Below are positions 7,253 through 16,946 of a stretch of 64,000 nucleotides of DNA, in pieces; the stretch's first letter is position 1; each line of letters starts with the position of its first letter. The DNA lies in the IMG/VR virus record IMGVR_UViG_3300032310_000320, positions 10,432 to 74,431 of that record; one strand, 5' to 3'. The notes under the pieces were generated by a model. The model was not told the origin of the DNA and made no database searches. It saw nothing but the letters and a program-made list of their open reading frames with translations. This DNA comes from a virus (Duplodnaviria > Caudoviricetes). Both the position numbers and the translations under genes were made by a program.

Positions 7253-7698
7253 GGCTTCATGATTTGAGCGAGAACAGCCCAAAGAGACATGACGAGTGTG
7301 GCTACCATGCTGGCCACCGCAGTTACGATCTGACCTTTAGTGACTGTCTTGGCAGTCTGAAAATTGTCTACGGCTTTCTTGACATCTTCCACGCACGATT
7401 TCATGTCATCAATGTCTGCTTCGATGTGTTGCAAACTAGCTTCTACTTTGGTGAGCCTGTCCATGATGGATGGCTGCCCGTTACCGTCGCGAATGATCTT
7501 GAACAATTTGCTTTGGTTGTCGTTGTAGTTCTTAATGTTGGAATCAATAAGCTTGATCTGAGTAACGACTTCTCCCAATCTTTCTTGGTTGGTAGCGACA
7601 GATGATTTAAGGTCAGTCAGATCTTTTGTGATATGCAATACGTTGTTGGACGTGGTTGTAATCAGCGAGATCATTTCCTGTGTTGCTGACGGTGCCAT
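7249..7698 (-). CDS. Coiled-coil protein with C-terminal membrane anchor
   Basis: Heptad pattern plus hydrophobic tail IVTAVASMVATLVMSLWAVL; start MAPS after GGAGG. Confidence 0.7.
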   Translation of the reverse strand: MAPSATQEMISLITTTSNNVLHITKDLTDLKSSVATNQERLGEVVTQIKLIDSNIKNYNDNQSKLFKIIRDGNGQPSIMDRLTKVEASLQHIEADIDDMKSCVEDVKKAVDNFQTAKTVTKGQIVTAVASMVATLVMSLWAVLAQIMKP

Positions 7699-7977
7699 CA
7701 GTCGTGCCTCCAAGAAAGTCCGTTGAATAGATCTCTTCGAGTTCCCCACTGCCCGAAGTACCGATGCTTGTACAAGACAAGCCGAAGAGACGCTAAAAGG
7801 CGTGCGTTCCCTTCACCACCTCGATCCCGGTCTTCTCACCATGGATCAGCCCGTGAATACGCATAAAGCGAATTCCACATCACCAACCGACGCCTGCGGT
7901 AAACCTATCCAACAGACTTAATGATTGTACCTTAGGCGCGGAGTTACACCGAATGTACGTGACGTGGTTGAAATAAA

Positions 7978-8883
7978 TTATGCGTCGTTAACAGATTCCC
8001 GCACAACATCAGGCATTTCTAATTTCGGCATTGGCGTTACGACGTGATTGATCCACTGATTGAAATCCGGCACTGAGAATTTAAATCCAGATCCATCCAC
8101 ACCCTCAACATCAATCTCAGGGTGATCCCATTTAAATTGTATAAGTGCTTTTACAATCTCTTCCTGATTGAGTTTTAACCACGTTGCCGTTTTGGTACCC
8201 AGTGCGTTGGATGCCAGTGTCCTGTAATACTCAAAAGGTTTTATGTGTCCAACGAAATGAATCCCTGCAAGAAACAAGTTTTCACGGCTGCGCAGGATAT
8301 TGACCTTGATGTGATTGAAGTTATTGGCGCAGTAATTCAACATGTCGGCAGAAGGATAATTGCGCGTGGATGCATCTAACGGAGGTAATAGGTCTCGAGG
8401 ATAAATTGCCGAAGGTGTGCAACAACGGTGAGACACAGGTAGAGAAGCATCATTGTCCGAAAAATCAACGACAAATAATTCATTGGTGTCCCTGTAATAG
8501 TACATGGCATTGGCTAAAACTGTAACACCCGTCTGACCCACAAGAAGCTGCCTGTCCATTTGAGCTGCAAGGCGTCTAGGATCACTCAGGTTGTCGTCAT
8601 CCCATATGGCGATGTAATCCCCTCTCGCCACGGTTAAGGCTTGTACGAGGCCATCTAAGACCTGCCTGATGTATGGCCTAGAGATGACTTTGATTTTGTG
8701 TCCACCACAACGAGAAGTGTTGTTGATTAGGAATGATTGTATTTGAACGGCGTGCTTGGAATCAGACGTGACAATGATCAACTCTTTGGCGGCATATGTT
8801 TGTTCACAGTAATTAAGAATGGCTCTCTGTAAGTGAGGGAACCGGGAAGGGATTGTTGTGCAGATGCAGGACACAAGACTCAT
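7978..8883 (-). CDS. GT2-family (GT-A) glycosyltransferase
   Basis: LVSCICTT N-terminus; YIAIWDDDNLSDPRRLAAQ. Confidence 0.8.
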   Translation of the reverse strand: MSLVSCICTTIPSRFPHLQRAILNYCEQTYAAKELIIVTSDSKHAVQIQSFLINNTSRCGGHKIKVISRPYIRQVLDGLVQALTVARGDYIAIWDDDNLSDPRRLAAQMDRQLLVGQTGVTVLANAMYYYRDTNELFVVDFSDNDASLPVSHRCCTPSAIYPRDLLPPLDASTRNYPSADMLNYCANNFNHIKVNILRSRENLFLAGIHFVGHIKPFEYYRTLASNALGTKTATWLKLNQEEIVKALIQFKWDHPEIDVEGVDGSGFKFSVPDFNQWINHVVTPMPKLEMPDVVRESVNDA

Positions 8884-9518
8884 AGATCTGCTCCAATAAG
8901 ATTATCAGCCATGGCCCTGATAATAGTCAGTTCTTTGGGGCAGGTGACATCAAGGGTTTCAAGTACGTTGGTGGAAACCCTCAGTTGTTTATTCATGAGC
9001 TGAGAACAGAACTCATCTTCAGAGAAATCAAACTTGGAATTGAAAGCAATGAACTGTTTCGTCCAATGTCCCGATTGCGTCAACCTTACCGCGCCACTCT
9101 GGAAATCACTAAAACCATCAAACTCACGTACGGGAAGAGATAACTGCCCTTTGTTTGCCAGAACGTTGTGAACACAATGCTCCACAACGTTAGGAGTTAT
9201 GAATGGAGAAATAGGTCTCCACACAAAATAATTGGCGTGAGATAGATGGGCTTTGATGGCGCCGCATGCTTCAAAGAATGTGGCGTTGGCAGGCACAACA
9301 TCTAAAACGACTTTGTGCCGAGGTAGAGTTTTATTCAATAAGTGCTTATTCAAACTTGCATACAAGGCACTGGATGTCACGACGGTTACTGAGTCGGTAA
9401 CGTTGCGGACATGCTTTAAGGTATTAACTGTTTTTTCTAATACCGTGGCAGCCAACGACGAGAAGAGATGCTTTTGGCATGCCAGTGAATCCAAGTAAGC
9501 AATGGATGTAGCACGCAT
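8880..9518 (-). CDS. Divergent nucleotidyl/cytidylyltransferase-like protein
   Basis: VVVTSS and RPISPFITPNVVEHCV resemble NeuA/KdsB-type RPTSP..t...i; N-terminal nucleotide-binding motif not evident. Confidence 0.45.
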   Translation of the reverse strand: MRATSIAYLDSLACQKHLFSSLAATVLEKTVNTLKHVRNVTDSVTVVTSSALYASLNKHLLNKTLPRHKVVLDVVPANATFFEACGAIKAHLSHANYFVWRPISPFITPNVVEHCVHNVLANKGQLSLPVREFDGFSDFQSGAVRLTQSGHWTKQFIAFNSKFDFSEDEFCSQLMNKQLRVSTNVLETLDVTCPKELTIIRAMADNLIGADL

Positions 9519-10312
9519 TAAAAAAGATCCCTCGCCATAATGTCTCCACGTACGTCATTGGGAAGTTCCGCAAGGATCTTATCGAGCTGAAATACGCGTT
9601 CTGGAAGTGTGGTGTTAGTCAGTCTGTGTACGGCAGGCGCATGCGACGTCGTTACCACTGTCTCCAAAAACTTTAAAACTGTATTTAATACCGAATCAAA
9701 ATCAAAGTACATGTTCTGATACTGAATGCGACAGACATCATGACACACAGCATTTATCTTGTCTCTGACGTAACTGTGTTCTCTGACAAAGTCCGTCAAT
9801 TCCTCAGAGTCCAACCAAATCTTGCTAGGTATCTTGTCAGTTACAGTGCGTGACGTTTTGTAATAAATGCTTGAAGCTTCTGATTGTTTTTTGGATACGA
9901 AACAAGCTAATGGATTGCGCTCAACATGGATGACACAGAAATCGCCTTCATTGGTGTGCTCTTTAAGTAAGTCAAACAAATCGTGCTTGCGCATCTGATC
10001 ATACGTAATGCGCACACCGACAATTGTTTCGTTGTGAAGAGGTCTGTCGAAAATGCGATTGCGCAAGAAATGATGCGCGCTATTTTCTTCTGAGTTAAAC
10101 GGTAATCCACACTGCTTAAAATAGTGAGAATAAGCTTTGGTTCTTACTTGCGCGTTGTCATGGAGTAAATGAGCGTGTGCCGCAATCGTAGGTATTGTTG
10201 CCAATGCCGTATGCAGTGGGTACGTCCCTGCCCGAACATCGCCAACAAGGACGAAGTTCAGGCATTGCGTTTTGGGAGCGAACCCATACTCTGGCTTGGC
10301 GTTGTGGGACAC
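9518..10312 (-). CDS. Sulfotransferase-like protein (Stf0-type)
   Basis: FVLVGDVRAGTYPL (5'-PSB-like loop); VIHVERNPLACFVS (3'-PB-like). Confidence 0.6.
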   Translation of the reverse strand: MSHNAKPEYGFAPKTQCLNFVLVGDVRAGTYPLHTALATIPTIAAHAHLLHDNAQVRTKAYSHYFKQCGLPFNSEENSAHHFLRNRIFDRPLHNETIVGVRITYDQMRKHDLFDLLKEHTNEGDFCVIHVERNPLACFVSKKQSEASSIYYKTSRTVTDKIPSKIWLDSEELTDFVREHSYVRDKINAVCHDVCRIQYQNMYFDFDSVLNTVLKFLETVVTTSHAPAVHRLTNTTLPERVFQLDKILAELPNDVRGDIMARDLF

Positions 10313-10319
10313 ACATACC

Positions 10320-11279
10320 TCACGACGTGAAAGATACCAAAGAAGGAGATGGCGTTAGATAAGAAGAATTTGTATTGGCGCCTTCCATTTTGTAGCCAAA
10401 GCTCACAAGGATTTCTTTCAAACGATCCGTAGCCGCTGGATCATTTAAAGAAATTGTTCCCGTGTCATGCTTGCCCTGCATAAACACCGGAGCATTAATT
10501 TTGTTCAGCCCGTGATGTACAGCAACCATGTACATGTTGTAAGGGAATGTATTGTTGGGCACCACTACAACATCATTGGCCCAATACATGCGGTAGAAAC
10601 CTTCGTCTTCAAGATCCCCATCAGGATAACGGCGATTACCATTTGGAAAAATAAGCGTGCTTGGATGGCCGCTATATGTTGTACGCATATGTGCAGATGG
10701 AGAAAATACCGTAACGTCTTTGTCTGTCTTGACTTGCAGAGCTACTTGCGTCGCCAGCATCAAAGCTTTGCCTTCTTCCGCAAACCCCATTTGATACGAC
10801 AACAAATGAGGATCCCTGTAATCATCATCATCCCATTGCGCAATCCACGGTTTAGTGGCGCGCTCAATACCCAGATTGCGCATGGCTCCGACAGACAAGT
10901 TCGGCGGAGCCATGACTTCGATTAACAACGGATGCGTAGAATCCAGCAGAGAATTACCCGTGGCGTTGATGATGATCATTTCCCTGTCGGGATATCGTTG
11001 CTGCAAGAAACGATTGACACACGCGCGGGCCATGGTTCTGCGCCGACGATCTGCAATCGGCAACAGACAGGACACGCCATAACCATAAGAATTCTTAACC
11101 GGTGTCGCCGTAACCACAGAAGGTTGTGGCACGACTGCTGTAACCTCGGTTGGAACAAGTGCAGAGTTCGATGGCAACGGCAATCCCTTAGACAACGCTT
11201 CAAGTTGTTCTTTTGACGCGTTGGGAAACATGTCGAACAAGCTTAACGTGGCTCTGCTTGAGATATTCTTACTGGTCAT
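10320..11279 (-). CDS. GT2-family glycosyltransferase
   Basis: VSCLLP...NRFLQQRYPDREMII; WIAQWDDDDY; start MTSKN after GGAG. Confidence 0.8.
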   Translation of the reverse strand: MTSKNISSRATLSLFDMFPNASKEQLEALSKGLPLPSNSALVPTEVTAVVPQPSVVTATPVKNSYGYGVSCLLPIADRRRRTMARACVNRFLQQRYPDREMIIINATGNSLLDSTHPLLIEVMAPPNLSVGAMRNLGIERATKPWIAQWDDDDYRDPHLLSYQMGFAEEGKALMLATQVALQVKTDKDVTVFSPSAHMRTTYSGHPSTLIFPNGNRRYPDGDLEDEGFYRMYWANDVVVVPNNTFPYNMYMVAVHHGLNKINAPVFMQGKHDTGTISLNDPAATDRLKEILVSFGYKMEGANTNSSYLTPSPSLVSFTS

Positions 11280-11310
11280 GGTCACTCCTAAATCCAAACA
11301 ACTTAACAGA

Positions 11311-12108
11311 TTAAACAAAAGCCTGCGCATCTCTGTCAACATACGTTGCATTAAGTTCGGGAGATTGCGGATATTGCCAGCTAGGCAAACGCTCACGAAT
11401 GGCTTTATACAAGTCGTAATAGGTGCCTGTGAAGTTTGCGTTTAGTACTTCGAGCGCCACATGTGAGAACGCACCATTGGGCCGACCATTGAAGCGCGCG
11501 TCACATGAATATTCGGCATCACCACACCCAGAGATGTGAATGAAACCTTTAACAGGTTGATCTCCCAAAGACGTAGGAGAAAACCGTTGAGCAATCTGAG
11601 CGTTGTTTAAATCCTTCTGATCCGTAAAGATGTTGGCTGGAGGTATGTATCGGATGTGAGATACATATGGCTCTGCGCCCGGTTCTCCGCCTGCAAACCT
11701 AAACACGGTACCTGAGTGACAAGCGTCTGTGATAAACACAAGTTGAGCACCGGGTTTAATTTCAACCCAACATTCAGCCAACTCATCATCTACAAGCAAA
11801 CAATCAGCAGACATGTCATATGGACACAAGCATTCATCACGTCCGTCCACTTCGTCTCCATGCGCATCGGGAACCCATGTGCCGTGACCTGCGAAGAAAA
11901 CAACGCCCTTATCTCCCGGCTGTAATGATTGCACCAACGTACGGATGCCCGTGTATATTGCGGCTTTCGTAGCAGCGGAATCTAATAGCGTTGTTGAGGC
12001 GTAACCACGTATTGTTAGAAACTTAGCCCAATCCAACGCATCATTAACACATCCAGCTAGTGGTGCAGATGCGTAAGAGTTGATACCGATGCACAATGCT
12101 TTTTTCAT
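11311..12108 (-). CDS. Caspase-family peptidase C14 (metacaspase/orthocaspase, p20 domain)
   Basis: ALCIGINSY..LAGCVNDA; FFAGHG (His); ITDACHSG (Cys); GAFS. Confidence 0.92.
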   Translation of the reverse strand: MKKALCIGINSYASAPLAGCVNDALDWAKFLTIRGYASTTLLDSAATKAAIYTGIRTLVQSLQPGDKGVVFFAGHGTWVPDAHGDEVDGRDECLCPYDMSADCLLVDDELAECWVEIKPGAQLVFITDACHSGTVFRFAGGEPGAEPYVSHIRYIPPANIFTDQKDLNNAQIAQRFSPTSLGDQPVKGFIHISGCGDAEYSCDARFNGRPNGAFSHVALEVLNANFTGTYYDLYKAIRERLPSWQYPQSPELNATYVDRDAQAFV

Positions 12109-12119
12109 GGAAACACTCC

Positions 12120-12764
12120 TTAGTTATGCACAAACAAGGCAGCGTCTAATTTTCGAGTACGTTTTGCAGACGCAACCAGTGCTTCAATGTAAGCCCCATC
12201 ACCGGAAAATGAGAAATCTGTCCATGGCACTTTGGCAATTAAATCTCGAGATGCCATGAAACAACCCAAATCAATGCGGCCTTTCTTGGGAGTTGTTATG
12301 AACGGCTGCCAAAGTCTGTGACTGTGTACCATGTCGCAGTACGTGAAATCACTTTTAGTACTTACGGCTTCAGCAAGCATCCACTCAAGAAACACAGGCA
12401 TGTAGTAATTGTCGTCGTTAGTAAAAACGATGTACTCAGGTTGTTGCACGGTACTAGGTGAACCCTTGTACGTAAACGGAGCTAAAGCCTGTTCTCTTCT
12501 GTGAGGATGCCCGTGTTGTTTAGTGCGATTAGGTGTGCAGATAAAATCAATGCGCGGATCAAGGGTGATGTGATTGGCAGGCAACGCACTATCCACGGGG
12601 CCGTCATGCACGATCTTGACCGACCAGTTAGGATATGTCTGAGCCACAATTGAAGACAGGAAACACATCAACGCGTCTTGGCGCCTTGAGTCGTCGTTAA
12701 GGTACGACGCAACGACGATTCCAACTGTGGGACCATCTTTTAGTTTGGTTTTCCAGTACCGCAT
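12120..12764 (-). CDS. GT2-family glycosyltransferase
   Basis: IVAQTYPNWSVKIVHDG; VFTNDDNYY; SGDGAYI. Confidence 0.8.
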   Translation of the reverse strand: MRYWKTKLKDGPTVGIVVASYLNDDSRRQDALMCFLSSIVAQTYPNWSVKIVHDGPVDSALPANHITLDPRIDFICTPNRTKQHGHPHRREQALAPFTYKGSPSTVQQPEYIVFTNDDNYYMPVFLEWMLAEAVSTKSDFTYCDMVHSHRLWQPFITTPKKGRIDLGCFMASRDLIAKVPWTDFSFSGDGAYIEALVASAKRTRKLDAALFVHN

Positions 12765-13363
12765 CAGAGTAGCTTCTCGTAAGTAATAATCCCGTTACGG
12801 CCATCGTAGTCAGGGTAGGCAACTTCTTCCACCAATTTATAATCTTGGCGAATGCATGGAAGTAATCCCAATTCCGTCAAAGCCATGCGCGTTCCTAATA
12901 TATGAAATTCAGGTCTATCCCGAGGCCCGTGTTCTTGGTAATCGCGAAATAGGGGCAACTTATCAAACGTATCGTGCACGGCCATCTCACCGCCCTGCAT
13001 CAGTCTTCTCCCATAGTGCCCTACATCAGCCATGGTGTGATTAATACAATGACAGCCATCGACAAATACCCAATGCAAATTCAAAGGAACAAGATGGAAC
13101 GTTTCTGCTGAATCTCCCCAGATCATACGCATTTCTGGATACGGCTTTTCTTTAGCCCACAGCCCAATATCTATCGCCCAGTTTTCGACATTCGTAACAT
13201 TCAATGAGTTCAAGTAATCTTTAATCCCACGTGATGTTCTACCGTCATGCACTCCAATTTCAAGGATGCGTAGAGTTTCGCCTTTAAACCGTTCGACTAC
13301 ACGCGCTAGTGAACGCTCTAAGGCTGCGGCTTCCTCAAAACTTACAAGACCATAGACAGGCAT
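12764..13363 (-). CDS. Class I SAM-dependent methyltransferase (Methyltransf_24-like)
   Basis: ILEIGVHDGRTS; VFVDGCH; GGEMAVHD. Confidence 0.85.
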   Translation of the reverse strand: MPVYGLVSFEEAAALERSLARVVERFKGETLRILEIGVHDGRTSRGIKDYLNSLNVTNVENWAIDIGLWAKEKPYPEMRMIWGDSAETFHLVPLNLHWVFVDGCHCINHTMADVGHYGRRLMQGGEMAVHDTFDKLPLFRDYQEHGPRDRPEFHILGTRMALTELGLLPCIRQDYKLVEEVAYPDYDGRNGIITYEKLL

Positions 13364-14169
13364 TATTTAAATTCCTTAAAAGCCTCAACAACTTGGTCTG
13401 TGTAATTTACCAATTTGGCTATGCAGTGGTGAGGACACGCATGTAATAAACACACGCTAAAGCACCCGTCAATCGCAAAGACACAGGAAGGGTGCCTGTT
13501 TGCAGTGACAGATGTTCCTCCAGCGAAGAAAGCATATGGCACATCTAGAGCACCCGCCACATGTCCTAGCCCACTCTCGTAACCAATGAATGCCGAACCT
13601 GTAGCCATGAAATCAACAATGGCTTTGCAATTCGACATTTGAGCAGTATCGAGTTTCAAATCCACAAGTTCGTTTTCCCATGCCGCTTGTGTGCCGTAAT
13701 CCCATTTCTTGGTACGGCCTATTAAATGAATAACGTCCCAACCGTCTGCCATCATTCCTGCGACGACTTCTTTTAAATAGGGATATCCTTTTCGATTAGG
13801 CCAGCCAGCTTCGTCACATACTATCAACCGGCGAGGCACAGGTTTGCGAGGAAGATAAAGATTAGGTCTTACTTCAACTGCCGTTGCCGGTTTGCCTGTC
13901 AATTCTCCAAAGAAATAAACAGGTTTGTAAACTTGACTGTATACCAAGCGCCCCATGGATTCTGGCGGAGTCAATAAGCACTTATGCGGTCTTGTCCCTT
14001 GGTACTCGACGTAAGGATTTCGTTCCCAGAGATAGGCGTAAGCTGAAGACGGGCAACTCACGGCAAGCTTTAATCCCGTCAGGCGGTGATATGCTGCGGG
14101 CAATCCTGTGAATGCAGCATTGTCTCCCATGGTTTGAAGTACTTGTAATTCTTTGTCAACTTCAACCAT
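13363..14169 (-). CDS. GT9-like (heptosyltransferase-type) glycosyltransferase
   Basis: MGDN motif; FIGYESGLGHVAGALDVP. Confidence 0.75.
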   Translation of the reverse strand: MVEVDKELQVLQTMGDNAAFTGLPAAYHRLTGLKLAVSCPSSAYAYLWERNPYVEYQGTRPHKCLLTPPESMGRLVYSQVYKPVYFFGELTGKPATAVEVRPNLYLPRKPVPRRLIVCDEAGWPNRKGYPYLKEVVAGMMADGWDVIHLIGRTKKWDYGTQAAWENELVDLKLDTAQMSNCKAIVDFMATGSAFIGYESGLGHVAGALDVPYAFFAGGTSVTANRHPSCVFAIDGCFSVCLLHACPHHCIAKLVNYTDQVVEAFKEFK

Positions 14170-14986
14170 TGGTCAGAACTTCCTGTAATTTGTTAACAAT
14201 CAAATCGTTGTAGTTGGGTAATTTCTGCATGCAAGCTTTTTGGCAACTCATATTCATGCAAGGACTAACACACGGACACACGGCAAAAATACAGGAAGGG
14301 TGACGATTGATTTCGGCATTGTTTAAAGTTGAAAACATTACATAGGGAATATTTAATGCCCCTGCGACGTGCGCTAACCCACTCTCATACCCAAGATATG
14401 CGTGCGCCGTAGACATGAATTCAATTGTAGTTTTAGCATCTGCACATTGTGCTGCGTCATATACGCCGTAAACTTCGTGCCCGCTCAATTCGTTGTGGTT
14501 TTCTTGCAGTCGTTTAACACCATTGCGCAAAACAACAATGTCCCAACCACTACGTTTAAGTTCTTTTACCAACATATCCATGTAAGGATATCCACGCCGA
14601 ATAGGTCGCCCGGCTTCGTCGTTAACGATTAAACGTTTTTTAACGCGTTTGATTGGATAAAAAAGCTTAGGTCTAACGCTATCAGGATTTATTGATTTTT
14701 TTGTTAACGCTTGATATAGCCACATTGGTTTATATACAGAATTCCAAAGGTAAGCTTCATCTTTTGAAAAAACAAGCGGGTACTTAAACCAGCGTGTTGC
14801 GGTTCCTTCCCACAACACATGAGGATTGTTGTGCCAAACCGCAGCCATTTGCGAACTGCGTGCATCTAGTCCGACAGACCTTACGGCTAATTTATTACCA
14901 GTAGTATTGAAATACGCAGTTGGCACTCCGGTGTAACAGACGTTATCACCGAGTGCCTCAAGAAGAATTACACCGTCGTAAATCAT
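14162..14986 (-). CDS. GT9-like glycosyltransferase, paralog of 13363..14169
   Basis: LGDN; YLGYESGLAHVAGALNIP; shared NRHPSC.FA. Confidence 0.75.
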   Translation of the reverse strand: MIYDGVILLEALGDNVCYTGVPTAYFNTTGNKLAVRSVGLDARSSQMAAVWHNNPHVLWEGTATRWFKYPLVFSKDEAYLWNSVYKPMWLYQALTKKSINPDSVRPKLFYPIKRVKKRLIVNDEAGRPIRRGYPYMDMLVKELKRSGWDIVVLRNGVKRLQENHNELSGHEVYGVYDAAQCADAKTTIEFMSTAHAYLGYESGLAHVAGALNIPYVMFSTLNNAEINRHPSCIFAVCPCVSPCMNMSCQKACMQKLPNYNDLIVNKLQEVLTNG

Positions 14987-15618
14987 GCCGGATAGACACT
15001 CACTACTTGGATGTCGAGATTGTTTTTAGGAATATGATCTGTCGGAGTTAACGGCAAGCCCACGTATTTGCCTTCTTCATTAATACGCTTAATCAGCGAC
15101 TGACAACCCACGTCTGCACGATTTACGTAATAGTCGTCCATCAAAAAGATTCTAGATTCGGAAATAAGGTGCTCCAAGTTACTAAAATCCGAATTAATTG
15201 TTTCAAGGCTGTGCCCGCCATCAATGAAAATAAAGTTAGGCTCGACTAAATGCCCTAAGTCTTCTTTCCATTGTTTAATCGTGTCCTTGGTATTGCCTTT
15301 AAATAAACGAGCCCCGGCAAACCTTTCACCGTATTTTTTACCTAACGTGTTTGCAAACATAGCCTGAACGTTTTCAACAGACGCCGGTAATGTACTTTTA
15401 CTGAATTCTGCCTTAGACATTTCCACCGTCATGTCTTCAAATAAATCAAATCCAATGTAACGAGCTTGTCTGTTTGCGCTGATGTTTAAAAAATAATCCA
15501 TTAAACTTACTGCGCGGGCACCATTAAATGTACCGACTTCCAAGTACACCAAGGTGTATGAGCGAATAGCCAAATCATCGAGTTTGCGTAACAGGTTTAC
15601 ATAACGACCGCCAAACAT
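14983..15618 (-). CDS. Class I SAM-dependent methyltransferase
   Basis: YLEVGTFNGA; IFIDGGHS; LMDDY; start MFGGRY after AAGGAG. Confidence 0.85.
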   Translation of the reverse strand: MFGGRYVNLLRKLDDLAIRSYTLVYLEVGTFNGARAVSLMDYFLNISANRQARYIGFDLFEDMTVEMSKAEFSKSTLPASVENVQAMFANTLGKKYGERFAGARLFKGNTKDTIKQWKEDLGHLVEPNFIFIDGGHSLETINSDFSNLEHLISESRIFLMDDYYVNRADVGCQSLIKRINEEGKYVGLPLTPTDHIPKNNLDIQVVSVYPA

Positions 15619-15628
15619 AAGACACTCC

Positions 15629-16249
15629 TTAAATTGAAGGCTTTCTAACGCTAAATGTATTGTGCACGGGTATGACTTGCACTGGCAACGACAAGGGGTC
15701 ACCGCCAAAACATTCAGTTACGGCACGATCAACTCCGGGAAACGTTGTGCCGTAATCGTGTCCACATAAGTATCCGCCGGGACGAACCTTAGGCCACCAT
15801 GCCTCAATATCTGCTCTGGCTGGACCGTAGTCATGATCACCGTCAATAAATACAGCGCCTAAAAAATTATCAGGAAAAACGCGCGCGGCTTGGGGTGACG
15901 GCATGGTTAATACGTGACATCGTTTTTCAACGCCTGTCGCTACAAAGTTGTCGTAAAAGCTTTGCAATTGATATGCGCCTGCGATGTCAGTGTAATATTT
16001 TAAACTGCCGCCAACACCGTACAAACCATCTACAACAATGATTTCGTTGTCCTTTAACAATTCGATTGTTTTCCGTGCAATATATGTAGATGACTTGCCA
16101 AGGAAGCCGCCAACCTCAACAAAAACATCATTGTTTTTAAAAGACTGGGCTAAGAAATCGTACAAGACGGTGTAATCAAGACCCGTTGGAATTGCATGCC
16201 AATTTGTCCAATACTCGTGCCGCGTTAACTCTGGCAATGTAATTTTCAC
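15629..16249 (-). CDS. Class I SAM-dependent methyltransferase (Methyltransf_24-like)
   Basis: FVEVGGFLGKS; VFIDGDHDY; WWPKVRPGGYLCGHDY. Confidence 0.88.
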   Translation of the reverse strand: MKITLPELTRHEYWTNWHAIPTGLDYTVLYDFLAQSFKNNDVFVEVGGFLGKSSTYIARKTIELLKDNEIIVVDGLYGVGGSLKYYTDIAGAYQLQSFYDNFVATGVEKRCHVLTMPSPQAARVFPDNFLGAVFIDGDHDYGPARADIEAWWPKVRPGGYLCGHDYGTTFPGVDRAVTECFGGDPLSLPVQVIPVHNTFSVRKPSI

Positions 16250-16944
16250 TGAGTGTTACCTTTGCGTAAATAGGTGCTTGTATCTTCGGGAGGCGGTAAC
16301 CACGGTAAATTGAATTCAGTAAGAAGTCGTTTGTAATCTTCCTCGCCGTGTACCGCACCGATAAACGGACTTAGCGTAAACGTATTAATGCCACCTTGCC
16401 GCAAAATATTGCGTATTTTGGCGGTACCTTGCCTGTACTCTTTGTAAACATCTTTGGGTGCCATTCCGTGAAACTTGACGTGTTGATCATGTCCGTGGTG
16501 TTCGCCTGCAAGATCTGTCATATCTACGCCGACCAAGAAAATGTTTTTAGCTCCCATCAACATTGCCATATGCATAGCCGTTTGCTGCACGCCACACTCG
16601 ATAAATAATGTATGCTCTTTAGGCTTGTAAAACAAATCGTAATTTTTTTGCTCCGTGACAAACACGTAATATTCGGGGTCATCGAATTTTAGATGCGCCA
16701 TCGGTGCTTTTTTCTTAACAATCCATTGTGTGTGATTACGGGTGCGTGTCTTGTTGTACAGCTTAAGCAATTCTGGATGCACCGTAATGCTGTATGTCAA
16801 AGTCCTGTAGCGCCACGCCTGATTTAATCCAAGCGTAATCTTGCCGTCTAAAATCTCTAAAGGGAATACGCGCATGCTGGGGCCTGTGCCCACAATGTAA
16901 ATATCTTGACCTTTGTGTTTGTTGTATAAATCAGCAATGTGCAT
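16246..16944 (-). CDS. DUF115/MAF_flag10-like protein
   Basis: HKGQDIYIVGTGPSM; LGLN; IFLVGVDM. Confidence 0.75.
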   Translation of the reverse strand: MHIADLYNKHKGQDIYIVGTGPSMRVFPLEILDGKITLGLNQAWRYRTLTYSITVHPELLKLYNKTRTRNHTQWIVKKKAPMAHLKFDDPEYYVFVTEQKNYDLFYKPKEHTLFIECGVQQTAMHMAMLMGAKNIFLVGVDMTDLAGEHHGHDQHVKFHGMAPKDVYKEYRQGTAKIRNILRQGGINTFTLSPFIGAVHGEEDYKRLLTEFNLPWLPPPEDTSTYLRKGNTQ

Positions 16945-16946
16945 GA

